A DNA stretch of 43,694 nucleotides, taken from positions 1 to 43,694 of IMG/VR virus record IMGVR_UViG_3300032075_000007; one strand, 5' to 3'. A model generated the notes under the pieces. The model worked only from the letters and a program-made list of their open reading frames with translations, was not told the DNA's origin and made no database searches. Below, in pieces: positions 27,126 to 36,159 of the stretch. This DNA is from a virus. Its lineage: Duplodnaviria > Caudoviricetes. The position numbers were made by a program, and so were the translations under genes. The number at the start of each line of letters is the position of its first letter. Position 1 is the first letter of the stretch.

Positions 27126-27858
27126 GCGAACGGGAAATATGTGCCCAAGTTTTGTAACACAAGACATTCGCAATCGCTGGTCCCCTGACATGGAAATGTC
27201 TCGCTATCGCTGCCTTTGTCGCTCCGGTGCGTGCCATGGCCCAGATGATGGGAATATCCGCCTCAGTCAACTTGGCGTGAGGATGGTGATCGCCATGCAC
27301 CTGCCCTTTGCGCTTGTCAGGATGCGGGCAGGTTGCAGAGACCGCTTGCCAGGTTCGACCATCCAAGACGGCGTGAATAGTGCCAGTACTGACATGAAAG
27401 GCTTGCGCGATTACTGGGGCTGGTATGTAAGCATGATGCATATCCCATATACGGGGAATGTCTTTCTCAGTCAATTTTGCCTGAGTCAGTTCTTGGCCAT
27501 ACCGCACTCTCGCTCTGCGTCGATGAGCCAAAAGACCACGCTTGCTAGCATCTCGTCCATTGATGGCGTGGGTGCCTGGATACAGATGCCAGGGATTACA
27601 ACACGGCGGATTATCACAATGATGCAGGACCAATCGCCTCGGTGGAAGTGTTTGTCTATTCAACCATTCCCACATGAAGCGATGGGCGCGATACGGTCGC
27701 CATTTTCCCTCAAGAAAACGCGCAAACATTCCATAGCCACCATGGTTTCGCATGGCTTGCCATTCCCAACAACAGTAGGGACACATAGGGCCATGCGGGC
27801 AGTGGTAAATGTTAGAAAAGAAACGAGACTCCAGGGGTGCTTGATGGGCTCTAGGCAT
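27064..27858 (-). CDS. HNH homing endonuclease 3
   Basis: CWEWQ..YGMF..AHRFMW..VLHHCDNPPCCNPWHLYPGT; two AKLTE HTH repeats; overlaps tape measure 3' end. Confidence 0.9.
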   Translation of the reverse strand: MPRAHQAPLESRFFSNIYHCPHGPMCPYCCWEWQAMRNHGGYGMFARFLEGKWRPYRAHRFMWEWLNRQTLPPRRLVLHHCDNPPCCNPWHLYPGTHAINGRDASKRGLLAHRRRARVRYGQELTQAKLTEKDIPRIWDMHHAYIPAPVIAQAFHVSTGTIHAVLDGRTWQAVSATCPHPDKRKGQVHGDHHPHAKLTEADIPIIWAMARTGATKAAIARHFHVRGPAIANVLCYKTWAHISRSLNAAPVTSAQCANLTLDLFH

Positions 27859-27958
27859 GCTCAACCTCCACACGTTGAGAGAGATTCCACAGAATATGCG
27901 GCATCCAGTGTGGAAGCTGGAGTTTCGGGGGCGACCCTAGCCGCACCTAAGAAGTATA
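27859..27958 (-). promoter_or_regulatory. TATACT -10 and structured leader of HNH3
   Basis: -10 27953-27958; P1 GUGCGGC/GCCGCAU; loop CUUCCACA complementary to UGUGGAGG (SD). Confidence 0.6.
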
Positions 27959-27982
27959 ACCGATTTAGCGAGTTTTAGCGAT

Positions 27983-28570
27983 ATGGCTGTGTATCCAATA
28001 GATCCAGTACCTTCTAGTATATCGGTTGCGGCAATGCAGGACCCTGCACACCAGTTCGAAACAGACCAAGGCTACGAGGTACGTCGGCCCAAGCATAGCC
28101 GGGCCCTGCGGCAGTATCAGCTGGAATACCTGGGCCTCACCACCCCGCAGATGCGCGTCCTGCGGGACTTCTTGCTCCAGCAGCGCCTCGGCGTGCTGCC
28201 GTTTGAGTGGCTGCACCGTACCGGCGGGGACCGCGTCAACTACAGCAATACGACGCCCGTGGTGTGTACGCTCCAGCACAACTACGTGACCAATCAGTGG
28301 CTCTGGATCAATGGCGCGACGCATGGCGGGCTCAACGGGTTCTGGACGCTCACGCGCTTCGATAGTACGAGCTTTGCGCTCAATGGGTCAGCGGCGCAAG
28401 GGGGCACTGGGAGTGCCATCGCGGTACCGTATCTGCCCAACGCCACGGCCCGCTTCGCGCAAGATGTGATGGAGCCCGCCGTGAAGCTCATTGGGCCGGA
28501 AGCCGCCGACGTGTTCACGCAAGGGCGCGGACGTTTTAACATGGTTGTGCTGATACAGGAACAGTTTTAA
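27983..28570 (+). CDS. Distal tail/minor tail protein
   Basis: First gene after tape measure; YEVRR..RQYQLEY..F.W motif; FCCH-like insert. Confidence 0.7.
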   Translation: MAVYPIDPVPSSISVAAMQDPAHQFETDQGYEVRRPKHSRALRQYQLEYLGLTTPQMRVLRDFLLQQRLGVLPFEWLHRTGGDRVNYSNTTPVVCTLQHNYVTNQWLWINGATHGGLNGFWTLTRFDSTSFALNGSAAQGGTGSAIAVPYLPNATARFAQDVMEPAVKLIGPEAADVFTQGRGRFNMVVLIQEQF

Positions 28571-28582
28571 ATAAACTATTAT

Positions 28583-29605
28583 TTATGTAATATGAGTCCA
28601 GGTTTTACGGTGGATAATAGCAAACAGTGGATTATTCGTTAAGCCAAAGATCGTCCGTAGAAGGGGATAGCCAAATCCTTGTGTGGCTAAGAGACGAATC
28701 ATGGTGATATCGGCTGGCGTCATTTTGGCACCAAACACTTGTTGTCCACGAACGGGATTACGACGTACATGAGCGCGTCGTCCCTTGCGATAGGAATCTT
28801 TCGTATTGTCTGAGGGAGTGCCTTCCCAAAGATGGGCCGGATTAACACAGGGCGGGTTATCGCACGTATGACAAATAACATGGCCTTCTTTGATGATGGT
28901 GTCATTCCACAATGCATACATTACGCGTGATGTCAGTTGAAGTTTCTTTTGAAAACGGACGACTCCATAGCCCTTTTTACTTTTAGCTTTCTTCCAGAGC
29001 CAGCAACAGTCTGGGCACGGGAAGGGATGGGCACATTGTTCGATAGAACTCCAAAAATAGTCTTGGAATGTCTTGAGGCTTTTATGGTGGTCTGGCGTAC
29101 GGCGTCCGTATTTGCGATAGGTCCTCCCATAATGACTTTGACACGTTCGACATAGATGGCTTTTGCCATCTTTATGAGCGGTTACAGTGGAAAACATAGT
29201 GAAAGGTAAGGTTCTTAGGCACGCATGGCATTTTTTGGTAGGAGTGCCTTCGGTAACATCTCGTGCTCCATATTGTTCTTCAAAGGACACGCGGGGTTTG
29301 TGCCATTCTTGGAGACGCCCCGTCCCACGAGAACGACGATTGCCATCGGTATTGTTCTCAGCGCGGGTACAAAGATAGAGATGGCTCGGGCGGACACAAT
29401 GACGGTTACGACAACGATGAGCAACGATAAAACCAGGAAGAATGGGGCCATAGGTACGAATCCAGGCGACACGGTGCGCGAGGGTACTTGCCCCCTCGAA
29501 ACGGACACGACCATGTCCGTATGGTGTTATAGACCCAGTCCAGAGCCAACATTGCCGTGTTTTATGAACTTTGTGCCAGAAAAGGGTATCAGCGTGCGAG
29601 GTCAT
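28583..29605 (-). CDS. HNH homing endonuclease 4 (two HNH domains)
   Basis: AHRCRNRHCVRPSHLYLCT and CHTCDNPPCVNPAHLWEGT separated by a Zn-finger. Confidence 0.9.
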   Translation of the reverse strand: MTSHADTLFWHKVHKTRQCWLWTGSITPYGHGRVRFEGASTLAHRVAWIRTYGPILPGFIVAHRCRNRHCVRPSHLYLCTRAENNTDGNRRSRGTGRLQEWHKPRVSFEEQYGARDVTEGTPTKKCHACLRTLPFTMFSTVTAHKDGKSHLCRTCQSHYGRTYRKYGRRTPDHHKSLKTFQDYFWSSIEQCAHPFPCPDCCWLWKKAKSKKGYGVVRFQKKLQLTSRVMYALWNDTIIKEGHVICHTCDNPPCVNPAHLWEGTPSDNTKDSYRKGRRAHVRRNPVRGQQVFGAKMTPADITMIRLLATQGFGYPLLRTIFGLTNNPLFAIIHRKTWTHIT

Positions 29606-29707
29606 AGCGAGACTCCTTCATCAGAGGGCATCACCAAAGGGGGAAGTGGCCGGAAGATGATGAGGCTTCCACGGCTGCAGACCGCTTGCCACTTCGTCAT
29701 AAGTATA
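29606..29707 (-). promoter_or_regulatory. TATACT -10 and structured leader of HNH4
   Basis: -10 29702-29707; P1 GAAGUGGC/GCCACUUC; loop CCUCAUCAU complementary to UGAUGA next to AGGAG. Confidence 0.6.
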
Positions 29708-29724
29708 GTTTAAAAGAGCATGCG

Positions 29725-30231
29725 ATGCCACGTATATTAAGTGCCGCACTCATTAGAGAAAAGAATCAGTTACAGTCAGACCATGTCATCACTTGGCTAT
29801 TTCAAGTAGATATACCAGGCGCTCCCGTCCCTTATAGGCTCGTGAACTACGACGAGGACATACTCTTTCACGGGATTCCTTATCTACGCTATTCGGTCGA
29901 TGTAGACGCGTTGGAAGATGCGACGAGTCAATCCCTGGTCCGGCTCCGCGCCACGGTCGGCAATGTGGATCAGGCGTTTATCTCGTTACTGGAGCACTAT
30001 TGGGGGCCGGATGCTCCCTGGGTCGTGACCATCTGGCCGATTGATACGCAGCAGCCCGACGCGACGCCCTTTGGCACGGGCGAGGTCTTCCAGGTGGTGC
30101 AGGTGGCCACCGACTTTCTGAGCGCCGTCGTGGATTTGCAGGCGGAGGGTATTACGCTCACGGGCACGATCCCGAAGCGACGTTTCACCCAGTCCGGCGG
30201 CTACCCTAACATCCCCAGAAGGCTGTCATAA
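29725..30231 (+). CDS. Minor tail/tail-tip protein (L-like)
   Basis: IREKNQL..RLVNYDEDI.F.G..Y..VGNVD..IPKRRF; position. Confidence 0.7.
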   Translation: MPRILSAALIREKNQLQSDHVITWLFQVDIPGAPVPYRLVNYDEDILFHGIPYLRYSVDVDALEDATSQSLVRLRATVGNVDQAFISLLEHYWGPDAPWVVTIWPIDTQQPDATPFGTGEVFQVVQVATDFLSAVVDLQAEGITLTGTIPKRRFTQSGGYPNIPRRLS

Positions 30232-30232
30232 C

Positions 30233-30616
30233 ATGAGTAGTCTTGTCGTCCCTGACATTTTTCCGTTAGTCGAGGCCATTCTTGGGCGCAGTTATGAGGA
30301 GTATAACTGTTGGGACTTACTCCGGGATCTGTACGGGAAAGGCTGGGGCATTGACCTTGATGCCGATCCTGCCACAGCGGCAGCGCAGGTCCAAGAGATT
30401 TGGTTTCAAGGGGATGCTCGTGATCCGTTGAGGATTGTGCAGACATGGGACATTTTGATCATCCGTACCCTGGGCATGGCCAGTAGTCATGTCGGTGTCG
30501 TGTGTGATGGCCGACAGTTCGTGCATACGAGAAAGAACCTTGGCACATGTATGGAATTGACGAAGCGTTGGGCGCCCCGCCTGATGCAGATTGCGCGGTT
30601 GCGACGGCTCCTGTAG
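30233..30616 (+). CDS. NlpC/P60-family tail assembly protein (K-like)
   Basis: YNCWDL...HVGV...FVHT catalytic pattern. Confidence 0.8.
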   Translation: MSSLVVPDIFPLVEAILGRSYEEYNCWDLLRDLYGKGWGIDLDADPATAAAQVQEIWFQGDARDPLRIVQTWDILIIRTLGMASSHVGVVCDGRQFVHTRKNLGTCMELTKRWAPRLMQIARLRRLL

Positions 30617-33600
30617 CTACGGTCACCTGTCTCCTGGTGCTGTCGCCCTTACGGGCAGCCGATGGGCACCTGCGCGTGCAGCGCGAGGTCTTTCCGGCGG
30701 GCGATACGCTTGACGCCTATCTGCCCGAGGGCGAAGCGCTGCGGCATGTCACCGTGAACGGGGCCACGATCGTGCCCGAGCATTACGCGCGGTACGTCCC
30801 GCAGGCCGGGGATGAAATCTGGCTCTGGCCGACGTGGGGGATTACGGGCGGCATTGTGGAAATCCTGGTCCCCATCCTCATTGGCCTGGCCGTCTCGGCG
30901 GCGTCGCATTTCCTCTTTCGCCCGAAGCCCCTCCTCTTGCCGCAGCAAAACCAAATGAGCGGGGAATCGGAGCGCACCTTTAGCTTTGAGGGGATTCGCA
31001 CGGCGATTGGCCCGGGGGCGGTCGTCCCGGTCGTCTATGGACGCCACCGCATTGGCGGGCAACTCCTCCTGGCGACCGTCGACCAGGCTGCCGTCGTCGT
31101 GGATGATGGCACCGCGGCCCACACGGCGACGATCATGAACGTGACGCATGGTGAGCCCTCGGAGATTGTCTATGTGACGGCGCCTGGTCACGGCTTTGTG
31201 ACCGGGCAGGTGGTGTTTATCCAGGGCGTCCAGGGCAAAACCGAAGTGAATACCACCTGGGCCATCCACGTGGGCGATGCCGATACGTTCGTGCTCGATA
31301 GCTCGTGGGCCGTCGGCTTCACGCACCCCTACCAGGGGGGCGGGACGGCCACGCTCTACAATCAGGGCTCGCGGACCTACCAAGCCATTACCAACCCGCC
31401 CACGCTGACGCTCATGATTGCCCTCTGTGAAGGCCCGATTGACGCGGTGCTGACCGACACCATCCAGATTAATGGGCAACCCCTGGCGAACTTTCCCGGC
31501 GTCCAGGTCTATACCGGGCTGGGCACGGCGAACCAGCCAGCCTTTGCCGAATTTGGCGGCGCCCGCAACACCTTTGCGGACGGGCGGGACATCAGCGAGA
31601 CGCCCCTCACCTATACCTCCAATGCCGCGCTGCATGCCTTTGTCCTCAACCTGGTCTGGCCCGAGGGCCTGTATTTTCTCAACGACAAGGGCGAAAAGCA
31701 CAACAACAATGCCGTGCTCCAGTATCGCTATGCGCCGGCAGGCACCGGCAGCTGGTCCGCGTGGTCCGTTTTTGAGGTCCAGGCCGACCGCACGGCGACG
31801 GTGCGTCTGGGCGTGCGGCGTGAGGGGCTCCCGTATCACTCCTATGATATTCAGGTGCAGTTCTTACGGGCGGGCAATACCGACGACCTGCGGGCGCGGT
31901 ACAAGAGTGTGCTCGAAAGTGTCACCGAGTATATCCCCGACACCTATGCCTATCCCTATACCGCCTGGTTGGGCTTACGCGCGCTGGCCACGGATGCCTT
32001 ACGGGGGGCCTTGCCCAACGTGACCGTGGAGGTCCGGGGACGTCAGGTGCGCGTCGGCTCCCTCGCCGTCCCGGAAACGTGGTCGGATAATCCCGCCTGG
32101 TGCGTCCTCGATGCGTTGACCAATGCGCGCTATGGGACGGGCGTCCCGGACGGCGATATTGACCTGACCGCCTTTGCCCTCTACGCGGCGTACTGTGACC
32201 AGACCATCCAGGGCGAGCGGCGCCATACGCTCAATTACGTCCTCGACCGCGAGATGCGGGTCCAGCAATTTTTCCTCGAAACCATGGGCGGCTCGCGCGG
32301 CATCCTGCTGAAAACGGCCGGGCTGTGGACGCCGCGCCCGACGCGGGATGAAACGCCAACGTGTCTGCTGTCCTGGACGTCGGTCTCGAATGTGCGCCTC
32401 ACCTATCTGCAAGACGTGGACGCCATTAACGTCGTCGAAGCGCGCTTTGCCAGCGAAGAGCAGGATTTTGAGCAAGACGTCATTACCTGGCCGGCCCTGG
32501 CGCAGTGGCCGCCCGAGGTCCATAAGCACAGCTTTGACTTGCGCGGCGTGACCAAGCCGAGCCGGATCATGCGGGCCTTGCAGTATGAACTCAATCGGCG
32601 GCGCTTTGAAAACCTCCTGCTGGAGATGGACTGTTCCCTCGAAGCCCTGCCGCTGCAACTGCATGATCTCTTCCGCTTTGCCCATCCTTTGCCGGGCTGG
32701 GGCACGTCAGGCCGCATTCAGCAGGGCTCCAATGCCGCGATCCTCCAGGTGGATGCCGACTGCCTCTTTGAGCAGGACCTCACGTATGTGGTGTACGTGC
32801 GGCACGAAGATGATACGCTCGAAGCCCGCGAGCTGCTCACCATCACGCTCGGGCCGACGCGCACGCTGCATCTGGCCGCCCAACTCAGTGTGTTTCCGGT
32901 GCCGCGCACCTCCACGTTCATGTTTGGCACCCTGGCCACCAATGCCAATACGCGCACGTTCCGCGTGACCAGTCTGCGGCGCAAAAATGATTTGACCGTG
33001 AGCCTTGAAGCGCTGATTCACAACCCGAGTCTCTATGATGAGGCCGTGGCCACGCCACTGAGCGTCATTACGACGCTGTTTAACCCGGAAGGCCCGCCGC
33101 CGCCGCTGCTCAGTCTCGTGGCGACGGAAGTCACGCGGATTCAGACGAGCGGCGCCAGTCTGCGCGTCATTAATCTGTCGTGGGACGTGGCCCCCCTCAG
33201 TAGCGGGTATGCGCTGTATGGGGGCGCCATGATCTTGCGCCGCGTGCTGCTGGCGACGGGGCAACTCGGCCAGGTCGAGGCCGGGACGATTGGCGCCGGG
33301 GCCATTAGTGATCCCAACGACCCGAACTATAACTATACGCCGGTCACGCAGGTGCGCGGGCATGTGCTCGATTGGGATGACTACACCGCGATTAGTGGCT
33401 CGACGTACCAATATCGCGTCGTCCCCATCTCGCACCTGGGCGTGCCCAATAATATTGGCGCGCGTGAGGTCGTCATTCATGTCGCCGGCCCCACGACGCC
33501 GGGATACTTCCCGGGGACGCCGCGCAACCTCCGCCTCCAGGGCCAGGCCGTCGGGGTGACGAACTGGGAAGGCCGCGACCTGCATGTGGAGTGGGACAGC

Positions 33601-35832
33601 GTGGCGGAGAGTCCGCTGTTTAGCGAGACGTTCTTTGTCGCCTTCTACGTGGTACAGGTCTGGGCGCCGGGGCAACTCTATCTGTTGCGGGCCTATAACG
33701 CGCCCCTGGCCCCCGCCGGCCAGAGCGTGCAGTGGACGTATACGCACCAGCAAAATGAAGAAGACCAGATTCGCAGCGGCTACGCCGGCGCACGCCGGGA
33801 GCTCCAGGTGATGGTCTGGGCGGTCACCAATACGGGGCTCCTGTCCCTCGATCCGGCCGTCATCGTCGTGAGTAATGCGGCCCCCGATATGGGGAACATT
33901 CTGCCGGAAACGCTCGCGCTGTTTGAGGCAGCCCGCGTCGACTGGAAACAATGGGTGCGGCCGCGGGATTTTGATCATTTTGTGGTCCTGCTCGATGGGG
34001 GCAACCCGCCGACCATTCCGAATCAGACGCTGGGCATTGATTTCCAGGTGCTGCTCATTCCCGATCTGCTCGCGGGCGTGACGTATTATGTCCAGATTAT
34101 CCCCTATGACAGCTTTGGCCCCGGCATTCCTAGTCAAATCGCCTCGTTTACGCCCGTGGCCCTCACGGCGGATAAGCTGGATAATACGCCCCCGGCCGTG
34201 CCGACGGGGTTCTTTCTCACCACGGGGACCGATGCCAGCGCGGATGGGACGGTTATGACCTACGTCATGGCGCATTGGGACCCCCAGTTTGAAGAGGACC
34301 TTGCGGGATTTCAACTCTCGTTTCGGGTGGCCTCGCCCAACGTCCCGACGGTCGTGCGGCCGGGGCGGTTTGATACGACCTATAAAATGTATGTCCCCGG
34401 CAATGTCACGGTGTTTGCCAAGATCGCCTCGATTGATCGCCTGGCGAACCTCAGTGTGTATACCGATCCCGAGATCTCGATTAGCACCGGCCGCGATGGG
34501 ACGCCGCCCTCGCCTGCGGCGAACCTGCATGCGATTGGCGCCGTGCAAAAGATCGCGCTCCTCTGGACGCCGCCGGGCGATCTCGATTACGACTACAGTG
34601 AGGTCTGGACGTCGGGCATCAACGATCGCAGCACGGCGGGCGTGATTGGGCAGGGCAGCTACAGCTTTGAGCATACGGGCTTTCTGGCCAACCAACGAGC
34701 CTATTACTGGATCCGCCCGGTCGACACCTCGGGGAACGTGGGGCCGTTTCATCCCGTGTCGCCGACGGCCGGGGTCACCGCCGTCGCCGGGCAACTCGAT
34801 GACACGTACATTAGCTCCCTCGTGGCGACGAAAATCCTCACCGGGCAACTGACGGCGCTCGTGAGTATTGGGGTGGCCGACCGCGTCTATATTGATGGCA
34901 CGAATAGTTTGATGGTCATTCGGGATCAGTATCTCGGCAATAACCGCGTGCTGCTGGGCAAGTTGGGGCCGCTGTCGGATCAGTACGGCATTCAGATTTT
35001 TAACAATCTCGGCGGCCTGATGTTTGACGCCAATGCGGAAGGCGTGACGGCGGCGGGGATTCGCACCGGCGTCATCAATGCGGGCCATCTGCGGACGGAT
35101 ACGGCCGTCATTTCCGTCTCAGCCCAAATTGAGAGTGCGATCATCCGCGATGCCCACATTGTCGAGTTAGTCGCTGATAAACTGATCGCGGGGACGATTA
35201 ACGCCCAGATCTTTCTTGGGGGGCCGCTGGCGGGCGCGATCGCGCCGATTACGCTCGACGGCGTGAATCGCCAGATCATTATCCGCGATGACAATGGCAC
35301 GATTCGGGTGTGGATCGGCCGGATTGCGGCCGGGCCGACCGATTATAGCATCCAGATCTTTAAGGCCGATGGCTCGCTGATGTGGAGCCCCGACACCGGG
35401 GCACAAACGGCAGGCATTGCGCCCGCCGCCGTCATTACCCAGACCATCCAGGTCAATGCCGTTACCACCAGTGTGTCCTATAGCGACATTGTGGGGTTGA
35501 GTGTCACGACGAGTGAAGTCGCGCTCGCCTCGCTCGTCTTTGCGCTCAACGCGGGCGATCAGGTCTGGATGACGCTCACCGCCACCGTGAGCGTGGCCAC
35601 GAGTAGCGATGCCTGTTATCTGCGGATCCGCGAGGATAGTGTGGCGGGGGGGGAGTTGACCTATGGGCAGATGATTGGCAATTTTCGCTCGACCATGGTG
35701 GTGCAAGCCGTCTACACGGCCCCCAGTAATTTCTCGGCGAAAGCCTTTGTGGCGACCTTCATGAACGGCACGGGCACCAACCCCATTGGCGCGGACCATA
35801 TCAAGATGGTCGGCTTGCGGAGGCAGCGCTGA
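30547..35832 (+). CDS. Central tail-tip/host-specificity protein (I+J-like) with FN3 repeats
   Basis: VPVVYGRHRIGG, LCEGPID, WSDNPAWCVLD, FN3-like repeats, 1761 aa; exact start uncertain. Confidence 0.9.
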   Translation: MYGIDEALGAPPDADCAVATAPVATVTCLLVLSPLRAADGHLRVQREVFPAGDTLDAYLPEGEALRHVTVNGATIVPEHYARYVPQAGDEIWLWPTWGITGGIVEILVPILIGLAVSAASHFLFRPKPLLLPQQNQMSGESERTFSFEGIRTAIGPGAVVPVVYGRHRIGGQLLLATVDQAAVVVDDGTAAHTATIMNVTHGEPSEIVYVTAPGHGFVTGQVVFIQGVQGKTEVNTTWAIHVGDADTFVLDSSWAVGFTHPYQGGGTATLYNQGSRTYQAITNPPTLTLMIALCEGPIDAVLTDTIQINGQPLANFPGVQVYTGLGTANQPAFAEFGGARNTFADGRDISETPLTYTSNAALHAFVLNLVWPEGLYFLNDKGEKHNNNAVLQYRYAPAGTGSWSAWSVFEVQADRTATVRLGVRREGLPYHSYDIQVQFLRAGNTDDLRARYKSVLESVTEYIPDTYAYPYTAWLGLRALATDALRGALPNVTVEVRGRQVRVGSLAVPETWSDNPAWCVLDALTNARYGTGVPDGDIDLTAFALYAAYCDQTIQGERRHTLNYVLDREMRVQQFFLETMGGSRGILLKTAGLWTPRPTRDETPTCLLSWTSVSNVRLTYLQDVDAINVVEARFASEEQDFEQDVITWPALAQWPPEVHKHSFDLRGVTKPSRIMRALQYELNRRRFENLLLEMDCSLEALPLQLHDLFRFAHPLPGWGTSGRIQQGSNAAILQVDADCLFEQDLTYVVYVRHEDDTLEARELLTITLGPTRTLHLAAQLSVFPVPRTSTFMFGTLATNANTRTFRVTSLRRKNDLTVSLEALIHNPSLYDEAVATPLSVITTLFNPEGPPPPLLSLVATEVTRIQTSGASLRVINLSWDVAPLSSGYALYGGAMILRRVLLATGQLGQVEAGTIGAGAISDPNDPNYNYTPVTQVRGHVLDWDDYTAISGSTYQYRVVPISHLGVPNNIGAREVVIHVAGPTTPGYFPGTPRNLRLQGQAVGVTNWEGRDLHVEWDSVAESPLFSETFFVAFYVVQVWAPGQLYLLRAYNAPLAPAGQSVQWTYTHQQNEEDQIRSGYAGARRELQVMVWAVTNTGLLSLDPAVIVVSNAAPDMGNILPETLALFEAARVDWKQWVRPRDFDHFVVLLDGGNPPTIPNQTLGIDFQVLLIPDLLAGVTYYVQIIPYDSFGPGIPSQIASFTPVALTADKLDNTPPAVPTGFFLTTGTDASADGTVMTYVMAHWDPQFEEDLAGFQLSFRVASPNVPTVVRPGRFDTTYKMYVPGNVTVFAKIASIDRLANLSVYTDPEISISTGRDGTPPSPAANLHAIGAVQKIALLWTPPGDLDYDYSEVWTSGINDRSTAGVIGQGSYSFEHTGFLANQRAYYWIRPVDTSGNVGPFHPVSPTAGVTAVAGQLDDTYISSLVATKILTGQLTALVSIGVADRVYIDGTNSLMVIRDQYLGNNRVLLGKLGPLSDQYGIQIFNNLGGLMFDANAEGVTAAGIRTGVINAGHLRTDTAVISVSAQIESAIIRDAHIVELVADKLIAGTINAQIFLGGPLAGAIAPITLDGVNRQIIIRDDNGTIRVWIGRIAAGPTDYSIQIFKADGSLMWSPDTGAQTAGIAPAAVITQTIQVNAVTTSVSYSDIVGLSVTTSEVALASLVFALNAGDQVWMTLTATVSVATSSDACYLRIREDSVAGGELTYGQMIGNFRSTMVVQAVYTAPSNFSAKAFVATFMNGTGTNPIGADHIKMVGLRRQR

Positions 35833-36158
35833 TGGCCTATTTGCTCAAATACCGCACCGAGGATGGCCTCATTGTCGGGCTCTGGGAAAGTACCACGCGG
35901 GCCTTTGTCGAGGCCCAGCGCGGCCCGGACGAGCCCGGTATGGGGTATCTGGTGTGCGAGGGGACGCCGCCCCCGCGCATGCAGGAGCAGTGGCGCGTGC
36001 TCGGGGACCAGGTCGTGCAAGACGTCCGCCCGCGCACCATGCAGCCGCAGGGACTCCCCCTCGCCGGCGCCGGGGTCACGCTCGACACCCTGGTCGCGCA
36101 GGTCGCCGCCCTCACCGGACGGGTCGAGGCTCTAGAAGCCCTGAAAGGACAGGTCTAA
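35832..36158 (+). CDS. Hypothetical protein
   Basis: Translationally coupled; C-terminal coiled-coil. Confidence 0.65.
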   Translation: MAYLLKYRTEDGLIVGLWESTTRAFVEAQRGPDEPGMGYLVCEGTPPPRMQEQWRVLGDQVVQDVRPRTMQPQGLPLAGAGVTLDTLVAQVAALTGRVEALEALKGQV

Positions 36159-36159
36159 A

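Noticed and set aside
7467-29605. HNH inserts as group I introns or inteins
   Set aside because: They lie between complete genes on the opposite strand with their own promoters; no split reading frames.
8352-29707. HNH leaders as hammerhead ribozymes or cobalamin riboswitches
   Set aside because: No correctly placed CUGAUGA/GAAA core and no B12 box; only the kissing-loop logic is similar.
23361-35088. Long minus-strand ORFs (640, 507, 396, 793 aa)
   Set aside because: Antisense shadows of GC3-rich tape measure and tail-tip genes.
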